Below are positions 24,763-32,623 of a DNA stretch of 64,000 nucleotides, piece by piece (the first letter of the stretch is position 1; each line of letters starts with the position of its first letter). Below the pieces are notes generated by a model that was given only the letters and a program-made list of their open reading frames with translations, did no database searches and was not told where the DNA came from. The stretch is taken from IMG/VR virus record IMGVR_UViG_3300027129_000004, positions 24,107-88,106 of that record; one strand, given 5' to 3'. Source of the DNA: a virus. Lineage: Duplodnaviria > Caudoviricetes. The position numbers and the translations under genes were made by a program.

Positions 24763-25158
24763 CTGAACTCATCTTTCGATTCACACCTGAAGAACTTGAA
24801 GTGTTACAAGCATTGATTGAATTTCATTCTGGTTGTGAGATTCCCGAATGGTTAAGTGAAGATGCTTATGATTCTTTATTCGATAAAGTAATGAGTAATT
24901 AGAATGGAAAAATCCAATCGAACTCATATGCTTATCGAGGCACTTGAGTATTATATTCAAGACCTCAAAAAGAATAATTGCACTGAAGCATCTATTCAAG
25001 CATACACAACTCTTCTCAAAGAGATTGATGTTGACAACTACTCAGTCATTGATTAAAACAAAGATGAAACGTAAAGAAAAACTTGAACTACTATCTAAAG
25101 CACAAGATGGTAATGAACTTCTTCTAATCGCACAAGCAATTATTAACTCTCAAACCAA

Positions 25159-25359
25159 ATGATTATTCTTCAAAAAGAAAACTACGGTTGTGTTTATACA
25201 ATTGATCCTGATACTCAAGAACTCTTCTATGCCCCCATTCATACAAACAACACTGTAAATCTTTCTGAGTTTGCACCTGTTGATCTATCAAGTGTAGATG
25301 ATGAATATGATGTAATTACGATTCAAAAAGAACTGATTAACCTAAACACTAACACTTAA
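25159..25359 (+). CDS. hypothetical protein
   Basis: GCVYTID....LFYAPI motif. Confidence 0.7.
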   Translation: MIILQKENYGCVYTIDPDTQELFYAPIHTNNTVNLSEFAPVDLSSVDDEYDVITIQKELINLNTNT

Positions 25360-25533
25360 TCATAAGATGAAATAATCATTTATAACGATAAAATGTTTTA
25401 ATTGATAATTAAATTAAATGTATTAAAAAACATATGTTAGTGTTTTGTGTTGATATAATGATAGTGTTATAATAGTCTTTATATCCTCTTTAGACACTTA
25501 TAAATGCCTCTAGGTCTTGTTGTCTAGGCCCGC

Positions 25534-25593
25534 ATTATACCATAAGACCCAAAAAAAGTCAAGGGCATTACAGACACTCCTAGGGGTGGCACA
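25534..25593 (-). promoter_or_regulatory. leftward promoter with palindrome element
   Basis: minus strand: TGTGCCACC-CCTAGG-AGTGTCTGT, then TTGACT-17 nt-TATAAT (TG-extended). Confidence 0.7.
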
Positions 25594-25681
25594 AGACATA
25601 TAGACAATGAAACTCCTGAGACTCACACATCTTATGAGTCTTGGGAGTATTTTGCTAGTTACTCGTAAGACTCATAGGTCT

Positions 25682-25740
25682 CAAACCACTGCAGTAACTG
25701 GCACATCGTATCGTGAGTCTCACTGATTCTGCGATAGACT
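25682..25740 (+). promoter_or_regulatory. rightward palindrome promoter element (degenerate)
   Basis: CAAACCACT-GCAGTA-ACTGGCACA, 29 nt, TAGACT. Confidence 0.55.
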
Positions 25741-25834
25741 TATAGGGTCGGGAGGGGAGGGAATATTATAAACTCCCATAACTGATAAGAAATACGCAGA
25801 ACCCAGTGATTGCAATACTTTTTCGGGGCATTAT

Positions 25835-25884
25835 AGTTTTGTCCCAAAACCCCCTATAAATAACCCTAGTTTTGGGACAAAACT
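25835..25884. repeat. 16-bp perfect inverted repeat enclosing a late promoter
   Basis: AGTTTTGTCCCAAAAC ... TATAAATA (25855-25862) ... GTTTTGGGACAAAACT. Confidence 0.85.
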
Positions 25885-25885
25885 T

Positions 25886-26050
25886 ATGAGACCACAAAAG
25901 TATAAGAATTTGGGTGAAACTGAAAGAATGAGAGTGCCCTTATGCAAACAACTTACACGTTTGTGTGATGCATTAGATAAAAAGGCAGAAGATGGATATG
26001 ATGTCGTTGAGATATTAGATTCATTTATTGAGAGTATCAAGGACATATAA
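25886..26050 (+). CDS. small putative ribbon-helix-helix-like DNA-binding protein (54 aa)
   Basis: MRPQKYKNLGETERMRVPLCKQLTRLCDALD...; GET...RVP shared with 17560. Confidence 0.6.
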   Translation: MRPQKYKNLGETERMRVPLCKQLTRLCDALDKKAEDGYDVVEILDSFIESIKDI

Positions 26051-26054
26051 ACCT

Positions 26055-26492
26055 TTCGTTATTCATAGCACTTCGTCATAAGAATTCGTTATACATAAGA
26101 GTTCGTTATCCAGTTCGTCATCTCTGAGAGTTCGTTATACATAAGAGTTTGTTGTGCAGTTCGTTATACTATGAGTATAATAATATAACAATACTGTTAT
26201 ATGTTTATCATAAAAACAGTTCGTTATGCCACTCCCCATATGGTTTGCTATTCTGTTCGTCCTGTGCTATACTATTCGTTGTATACAGTTCTGTGTGCTT
26301 ACTTGTAGTCTCCCTTTCTTATACTTTACATCATTTCTTCGTTTATGCCCACTCCCGGTATGGTTCGTTATTAGAATCAAACAGTGTTACATAAGCACTT
26401 ATATCGTGCCCGTTCGTTATGCCCACTCCCGGTATGGTTCGTTATTAGAATAAAACAGTAATGAATATAAAATATTCGTAATTGTTCGTTTA
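26055..26492 (+). repeat. TTCGTTAT iteron-like array
   Basis: 9 exact TTCGTTAT and 16 TTCGT in about 440 bp, all on one strand; 42-bp direct repeat 26344-26385 / 26418-26459. Confidence 0.85.
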
Positions 26493-26671
26493 TTATAATA
26501 GACAGTTATTTTATGTTGTTTGTTATTCTTATACCTAACCGTTGCCCCCCCCGGTATATAATTTTAATGGGTCCTTCAAGGCTACACCGAACCGAAAACG
26601 AGAGAGTAATTGTCTTTCAAATAAAAAAATTTTTCCAAAAAATTTTTCCAAAAAAGTTAAAACATAAAATT

Positions 26672-27574
26672 ATGAATTACCCAGAAGGAACTATTAAGAC
26701 AAACACCCAAGGAAACAAATACATCAGAAAAGATGGAAAATGGGTATATATGAAAAAACCAAAAGAAGAAAGGAAAATATCAAAGGAAAATCCCAAAAGA
26801 GTTGTTTATAATTATCCCCCCATAAGATTGTCCGAAAATATGAGAGAAACTCAATATCCTGGGTATTATATCACTGAGGACGGGAGAGCATATCGCAAAC
26901 CTGGAAAATATGATAGGAATGGAAAATACGGAGAAATTAATGAAAATGGGTTAATATATCTAAAACCTGCGTTCAGGGGACACTCAAAATATCCAGAACA
27001 TCAATATGAATGCATAAACATCTCAATGTATGATGAAACTGGAAAGTATAAACAAATTAAAAAATCAATTCATCAATTAGTTGCGGAAGCATTTATTCCT
27101 AATCCTGAAAGACATAGTGAGATATTACACATAGATGGAAATAATAGGAATAATCATTATACAAATTTAAAATGGGGAACACATAAAGAAAACATGGAGA
27201 TGGTTGGTTTACCAGAAGGGAGTATTAGGAGAGCAAAAGGAAAGTCTAGTGATTATATCAAAAAAGATGGTGAGTGGATTTTAATTCCAAAAAATACACC
27301 TCCATGGAATAGGGGATTGAAAGGAGTATCATGGAATACATTACCTGATGGAACTGTTACAACAAGAAAAGTAAATGGAAAACCTGGAACTTTCATAAAA
27401 CAAAATGGTAAATGGGTTTACCAGACAAATAATCCTAAGTCTAGAGGAAAGAGTTTTAAAGAAAATAAACCAAAAAGAAAACCACTACCCGATGGAACTA
27501 TTAGAACTCGTGCTGATGGTACTACATGGGTAAAGGAAAATGGTAAATGGGTTTATCAAAAAACAAAAAAATGA
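26672..27574 (+). CDS. HNH homing endonuclease (NUMOD4/HNH_3-like) with four P(E/D)GT...K.GKWVY repeats
   Basis: IHQLVAEAFIPNP....ILHIDGN..NNH.TNLKW.T.KEN; first ATG after the A-tracts. Confidence 0.8.
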   Translation: MNYPEGTIKTNTQGNKYIRKDGKWVYMKKPKEERKISKENPKRVVYNYPPIRLSENMRETQYPGYYITEDGRAYRKPGKYDRNGKYGEINENGLIYLKPAFRGHSKYPEHQYECINISMYDETGKYKQIKKSIHQLVAEAFIPNPERHSEILHIDGNNRNNHYTNLKWGTHKENMEMVGLPEGSIRRAKGKSSDYIKKDGEWILIPKNTPPWNRGLKGVSWNTLPDGTVTTRKVNGKPGTFIKQNGKWVYQTNNPKSRGKSFKENKPKRKPLPDGTIRTRADGTTWVKENGKWVYQKTKK

Positions 27575-27604
27575 TATATAATAAAAAATGCCCCTGAAAG
27601 AATA

Positions 27605-27757
27605 ATGAGAATTAATTTTGATGATTACGAAAAAGACTTGTTGATTGATACGATACAGCATCGTTTAGATACTGATAAGTTATTGATTATCAATCATAGT
27701 TTAAGAGAAGAGATTGAAGATTTACTTCGAAAGATAGAAGAGGATGAATACGTATAA
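27605..27757 (+). CDS. hypothetical protein (50 aa)
   Basis: hand-translated MRINFDDYEKDLLIDTIQHRL... Confidence 0.55.
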   Translation: MRINFDDYEKDLLIDTIQHRLDTDKLLIINHSLREEIEDLLRKIEEDEYV

Positions 27758-27914
27758 TATTTCAGTTAAGGGAAATGAGATATTAAGTCAGGTGCCGCAG
27801 AGTGATTTACAGGAGAATCTGAAACTTGTCAGAGGAATTGTATGGACTTCTGGGGGAAATGACAAGGATATTCAAGTATCTCTAAATAAGAATGAAGACC
27901 ATTGCAATGAATGA
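27744..27914 (+). CDS. hypothetical protein (56 aa)
   Basis: hand-translated MNTYNISVKGNEIL... Confidence 0.55.
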   Translation: MNTYNISVKGNEILSQVPQSDLQENLKLVRGIVWTSGGNDKDIQVSLNKNEDHCNE

Positions 27915-27930
27915 GTTGTCGTGGTAAAAT
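27902..27930 (+). promoter_or_regulatory. sigma70-type promoter
   Basis: TTGCAA-17 nt-TAAAAT with TG extension. Confidence 0.55.
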
Positions 27931-27955
27931 AATGTAGTATCGAAAAAATTATTTT

Positions 27956-28705
27956 ATGGCTAAAGGATTTACAGTAAAAGCAAAACTTCCAACAGGACCT
28001 GTGGAAGGAGAGTTTAATTTAGAAGCAGCAAAGGAGATGATTCGAGGGAAGTCAATTGTATTTTGTCTTCCAGGACGAGGAGTTTCTTACATTTATCTGA
28101 AGAACTTTGTGCAACTTTGTTTTGATTTAGTACAGAGTGGTGCAAGTATTCAGATTAGTCAAGATTATTCGAGTATGGTAAACTTTGCACGATGTAAAGT
28201 ACTTGGTGCGAATGTTCTCAGAGGTCCCAAGCAAATTCCTTGGGACGGTAAACTGCAATATGATTATCAACTCTGGATTGACAGTGATATTGTCTTTGAT
28301 ACTGAGAAGTTCTATCGTCTTGTTGCAATGGATAAGGACATTGCTGCTGGATGGTATTGCACTGAGGATGGTCACACCACGTCTGTTGCACATTGGTTAG
28401 AGGAAGAAGATTTCCGTAAGTCTGGTGGTGTAATGAATCACGAGACATTGGAGACCATTCAGAAACGTCGTAAACCATTTACAGTTGATTATACTGGATT
28501 TGGATGGGTATTGATTAAGAAAGGAGTCTTTGAGAGTCTTGAATATCCTTGGTTTGCACCGAAGATGCAGGTATTTGAATCTGGAGAGGTTCAAGATATG
28601 TGTGGAGAGGATGTAAGTTTCTGTTTGGATGCAAAAGAGAAAGGATATGAGATTTGGTGCGATCCTTTGATTCGTGTTGGACACGAAAAAACAAGGATTA
28701 TCTGA
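27956..28705 (+). CDS. glycosyltransferase-like (GT-A fold) conserved cyanophage protein
   Basis: LWIDSDIVF (DxD), TGFGWVLI, GEDVSFC, RVGH motifs. Confidence 0.8.
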   Translation: MAKGFTVKAKLPTGPVEGEFNLEAAKEMIRGKSIVFCLPGRGVSYIYLKNFVQLCFDLVQSGASIQISQDYSSMVNFARCKVLGANVLRGPKQIPWDGKLQYDYQLWIDSDIVFDTEKFYRLVAMDKDIAAGWYCTEDGHTTSVAHWLEEEDFRKSGGVMNHETLETIQKRRKPFTVDYTGFGWVLIKKGVFESLEYPWFAPKMQVFESGEVQDMCGEDVSFCLDAKEKGYEIWCDPLIRVGHEKTRII

Positions 28706-28856
28706 TAAGTGTCTGGAAGGTCTTTCTTGACCTTCTTTAAGACGTTATGATAGAATGCTTCTGTGAGGGTTTGACGAGTCTTGTAGGAGCATTTTTAATG
28801 GCCTGAGAGACTTTATAAAAACCCCCTTGTAAAAACCGTTAGATGGAGAATTGAAA

Positions 28857-28994
28857 ATGGCACAAAAGAGTCGGAAAGATATGAAGATTGAGAGTATTCC
28901 TAAGAATACTCGACAAGGTGATGGTAGGAATACTAAATATGCTGCTACGAGTCGCAATGTAGCACGTAAAAAGTATAGAGGGCAAGGACGGTAA
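28857..28994 (+). CDS. small basic conserved protein (45 aa)
   Basis: GGAG RBS; PKNTRQG.G..TKY.ATSRN..RK.YRGQGR. Confidence 0.7.
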   Translation: MAQKSRKDMKIESIPKNTRQGDGRNTKYAATSRNVARKKYRGQGR

Positions 28995-28997
28995 ATA

Positions 28998-29627
28998 ATG
29001 GCTTATCTAAATCACAGTCTTCCAGATTGGTCCTGTTATATTCGTAATGAATTTCTTTTTAATCATAAAAAGGGTCACGGTGAAGTAACTAAATGTGATG
29101 TACATTGTGTTGCCAGTATTGAAAAAAGAGTTCCTTTATTTGAGGCATTCCTTGAAAATGGCGTGAATTGGACTCGTAGACCTCTTCACGCCTTTTGTTG
29201 GAAATCAGATGCAGAAATAGAACCTCTAGAAGATATTATGTACTGGGACTGCTTTTCTCCGTATGTTGATGTTCAAAAACGTGCTCGTCTCGCTGGATTA
29301 CAAGCAGAATTAATTCGTCCTGATGGAAGAAAGGTGATTGGAAGTTATATGTTTACTCTTGATTGGTCATGGGAAAATAAAGGAGTCACTGATCTTAATT
29401 TTTCAGAGACTCCTGAACATAAATGTGCTCATTTATTCAAGGTAGAAACTGGAAATTACTATGCATATCCAAATAATCGTATTATTTGGTATGATAATGC
29501 CTGGACATTTAATAGAATCGACAAAAATCCAGGGTATGAAATTGACTTAACTGTGTATTCGGTTGAAAATAAAAGAAAAATTGAAACATCCGATCATTAT
29601 ATGTACGAAATTAAAAATTTAAATTAA
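28998..29627 (+). CDS. conserved phage hypothetical protein
   Basis: 209 aa; YWDCFS, YMFTLDW, EHKCAH, YPNNRI motifs. Confidence 0.8.
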   Translation: MAYLNHSLPDWSCYIRNEFLFNHKKGHGEVTKCDVHCVASIEKRVPLFEAFLENGVNWTRRPLHAFCWKSDAEIEPLEDIMYWDCFSPYVDVQKRARLAGLQAELIRPDGRKVIGSYMFTLDWSWENKGVTDLNFSETPEHKCAHLFKVETGNYYAYPNNRIIWYDNAWTFNRIDKNPGYEIDLTVYSVENKRKIETSDHYMYEIKNLN

Positions 29628-29657
29628 AATAAATAAATTTTTACTAAAGATATTGAA

Positions 29658-29999
29658 TTGAAACAGTTTTCGATGGGCAATCACCTTCTTTTGGAGGTTT
29701 ATAACGTAGAACACAACCTTTTAAATGATGGCATTGCTCTTCAGGAGGTAATGGAACGTGGCATTCAACGTGCTGGAATGACGATTTTAAATATTTTTCA
29801 GCATTGTTTCTATCCTCAAGGAGTTACAATCGTAATTGCACTCTCAGAAAGTCATGTTTCTTGTCATACGTGGCCCGAGAAAGGTTGTATTGCGATAGAT
29901 GTTTACACTTGTGGTGAAGGAAAACCAAAATTAGTAGCATTAGAACTCTTAAAATATTTTAATTCGGAAAATTATAAACTTCGTCAGTTAGATCGTTAA
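29658..29999 (+). CDS. speD: S-adenosylmethionine decarboxylase proenzyme
   Basis: G.HLL, F.PQGVT, LSESH.S.HTWPE self-cleavage motif, DVYTCG. Confidence 0.9.
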   Translation: MKQFSMGNHLLLEVYNVEHNLLNDGIALQEVMERGIQRAGMTILNIFQHCFYPQGVTIVIALSESHVSCHTWPEKGCIAIDVYTCGEGKPKLVALELLKYFNSENYKLRQLDR

Positions 30000-30065
30000 A
30001 TAGTTTAAGGAGATAGAAACCTCCTTAAAAGTTCTGTTTTTAACTTTAAAAACAGAGGATCTAAA

Positions 30066-30305
30066 ATGTCATTTTACCAAGTTGATCGAGACAAAAATTA
30101 TATGAGGGAAATGTGGGGGACCACAAAACTCATTACAGATATCGATCCAGAAAAACCAAAAAGAGTTATTCAAGAAATTATGCACGATTATGCACCAAAG
30201 CACAATCTAAAGAAACAAACTGAATTGCATGAACGAATTAGGAATGATAGTGATTATGATGATTGGGATTATGGGACTGAACCATCCTATGGAAAAATGA
30301 TTTAA
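30066..30305 (+). CDS. conserved cyanophage hypothetical protein
   Basis: MWGT.KLITD ... KKQ.ELHERIRND motif. Confidence 0.75.
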   Translation: MSFYQVDRDKNYMREMWGTTKLITDIDPEKPKRVIQEIMHDYAPKHNLKKQTELHERIRNDSDYDDWDYGTEPSYGKMI

Positions 30306-30343
30306 AAAGTATTATAGATATATTAAATATACTCATTGTTTAA

Positions 30344-30742
30344 ATGCTTAGTATTTCTAGAAGTTTTAGGGACATTAGTTTGTCTTTTTCTAGACATCCA
30401 GTGACGAATGATGTTCTTGTATTAAAAAATGAGGATGCGATTAAAAAATCTGTTATTAACTTAATCAGAACTCGTATTGGTGAGAGGTTCTTCAATAATT
30501 TATTGGGAACCTCTGTTGATAATTCTTTATTTGAACTTAATGGACCAGAAGTTTCGACAATACTTGATGAAGAAATTAAAACAGTATTAAGTAACTTTGA
30601 ACCAAGAATTGTAGTTAGAGAAGTAATGGTTGAATCGATTGAAGATTCAAATGAATTGAATGTAAAAATTTCTTACGATATTGTTGGACTTCCATTTCCT
30701 CTTCAAAATATAGAGTTTCTTTTACAACCAACTAGAATATAA
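30344..30742 (+). CDS. gp25: baseplate wedge subunit gp25
   Basis: DISLSF..HP, AIKKSV.NL..T..GERFF, FEPRI; position before gp6. Confidence 0.9.
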   Translation: MLSISRSFRDISLSFSRHPVTNDVLVLKNEDAIKKSVINLIRTRIGERFFNNLLGTSVDNSLFELNGPEVSTILDEEIKTVLSNFEPRIVVREVMVESIEDSNELNVKISYDIVGLPFPLQNIEFLLQPTRI

Positions 30743-32622
30743 TGTCCTTCAATAATTTCACCAATCTAGATTTTAATGATTTACGATCTCAGATAAAAGA
30801 CTATCTGAGATCGAATAGTAATTTCACGGATTTTGATTTTGAAGGATCTAATTTTTCAAGTTTAATTGATGTATTAGCATACAACTCTTATATTACTGCC
30901 TTCAATACGAATATGGCAGTCAATGAATCCTTTATTGATAGTGCAACTCTTCGAGAAAATGTAGTCTCCCTTGCACGTAATATTGGGTATGTTCCTAGGT
31001 CCAAAAGTGCATCAAAAGCAAAGGTTAGTTTTACAGTCAATACAACAGGTTTAAATTCAAAAACAGTCACTCTAAAGGCAGGAATCGTTGCTTTAGGTGC
31101 TGTTGAGAATGGTAATTATATATTTTCAATTCCAGAAGACATCACAGTAGTTGTTGATAATAATGGATTTGCAAATTTTACAGGCATTGATGTTTATGAA
31201 GGTTCATATTTAACAAAAACATATACAGTAGATAAATCACAATTAAATCAAAGATTTACAATTCCAAATACTGGTGTAGATTCTTCTACGATTCGAGTAA
31301 AAGTTAGTGGTGTTATCACAGAAAAATATGAATCATATTCAAATATCTTTAAAGTAAATAAAAATTCAAAACTTTTTCTAATACAAGAAATAGATGATGA
31401 GAAATATGAGATTTTATTTGGTGATGATATTATAGGGAAAAAACCAATTAGTGGAAGTACTATTTTCATTAGTTATATTATTACAAATGGAAAGGAAGCA
31501 AATGGTGCAGCAAACTTTACCTTTTCTGGAATTTTAACTGATAACAATAGCACTTCAATTACAAATAATATTTCTTTATTAACTACAATTCAACCATCCG
31601 AAAATGGAGATGATATTGAATCAATTGATTCGATTAAGTATCTTGGTCCTAGAGTATATGCTTCACAATACCGTGCAGTGACTGCAAATGACTATAAAGG
31701 ATTAATTCCATATCTGTTTCCAAATGTGGATACTGTAACGGCATATGGTGGGGATGAGTTGGATCCACCAGAGTATGGTAAAGTTTATATTTCTATCAAA
31801 CCAAGAAATGGTAAATATCTTTCACAACTTACAAAAGATAGTATCAAAAAAGATTTAAGACAATATTCAATTGCTGGAATTAAACCAGAAATTATTGATT
31901 TGAAGTATATGTATGTTGAGATAGACACGACAGTTTATTATGATAAAAGTACGACAATAGATCCAAATAATCTACAATTAAGAGTTACAAAATCTCTAGA
32001 GTCTTATAGCAAATCAACTGAGTTGAATAGTTTTGGTGGTAGATTCAAATACAGTAAAGTTTCTTCATTGATTGACAATACAAGTACATCTATTACTTCC
32101 AATATTACTAAAATCAAAATCAGAAGAGATTTACAACCAGAATATAATAAATTAGCAACGTATGAAATATGTTTTGGAAATCAATTTCATATTAAAAAAT
32201 TAAATTCTGATGGTAGGGGATATAATATAAAATCAACTGGATTTACAGTAAAAGATACTAGTGGAACTTTGTATATGAGTGATGTTCCAAAAACTGATGA
32301 AATTGGGATTATATTTTTCTTCAAAATGGTTGATGGTCTTCCTGTGATTGTAAACAATAATGCTGGAACGGTAAATTATATGAGGGGTGAAATTAAATTA
32401 ACTACAATTACATTCACATCATCTACAAGCACTGCTGGTATTGAAATAGAAGCAATACCAGAATCAAATGATGTCCTTGCGTTAAAGGATATATACTTGG
32501 AACTAGATACTACTAAACTTAATGTAAGTATGTTGGAGGATGTAATTACATCTGGTGAAAATACTTCAGCAACACAATATGCTGTCACATCAAGTTACGT
32601 AAACGGAAATTATACAAGATAA
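30742..32622 (+). CDS. gp6: baseplate wedge subunit gp6
   Basis: LDF...K.YL....FTDFDFEGS..S.LIDVLAYN, RAVTA.DY. Confidence 0.92.
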   Translation: MSFNNFTNLDFNDLRSQIKDYLRSNSNFTDFDFEGSNFSSLIDVLAYNSYITAFNTNMAVNESFIDSATLRENVVSLARNIGYVPRSKSASKAKVSFTVNTTGLNSKTVTLKAGIVALGAVENGNYIFSIPEDITVVVDNNGFANFTGIDVYEGSYLTKTYTVDKSQLNQRFTIPNTGVDSSTIRVKVSGVITEKYESYSNIFKVNKNSKLFLIQEIDDEKYEILFGDDIIGKKPISGSTIFISYIITNGKEANGAANFTFSGILTDNNSTSITNNISLLTTIQPSENGDDIESIDSIKYLGPRVYASQYRAVTANDYKGLIPYLFPNVDTVTAYGGDELDPPEYGKVYISIKPRNGKYLSQLTKDSIKKDLRQYSIAGIKPEIIDLKYMYVEIDTTVYYDKSTTIDPNNLQLRVTKSLESYSKSTELNSFGGRFKYSKVSSLIDNTSTSITSNITKIKIRRDLQPEYNKLATYEICFGNQFHIKKLNSDGRGYNIKSTGFTVKDTSGTLYMSDVPKTDEIGIIFFFKMVDGLPVIVNNNAGTVNYMRGEIKLTTITFTSSTSTAGIEIEAIPESNDVLALKDIYLELDTTKLNVSMLEDVITSGENTSATQYAVTSSYVNGNYTR

Positions 32623-32623
32623 G

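Noticed and set aside
1150-25705. Palindromic repeats as a CRISPR array
   Set aside because: Spacing is 0.1-4 kb with whole genes between, copies are degenerate, each is tied to a -10 box, and there are no cas genes
1150-25705. Palindrome as a CRP or NtcA site
   Set aside because: CRP is TGTGA-N6-TCACA (16 bp) and NtcA is GTA-N8-TAC; the 24-bp 9-6-9 geometry fits neither
26149-26453. ORFs 26149-26394 and 26226-26453
   Set aside because: Non-ATG or weak starts, odd composition, and translations of the TTCGTTAT repeats
26055-26492. Repeat tract as a mini-CRISPR
   Set aside because: The core is only 8 bp, spacing is irregular, and intervening sequences are themselves duplicated
26513-26671. 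53-codon N-terminal extension of the HNH ORF
   Set aside because: Runs through C- and A/T-tracts; the ATG at 26672 begins the first repeat module
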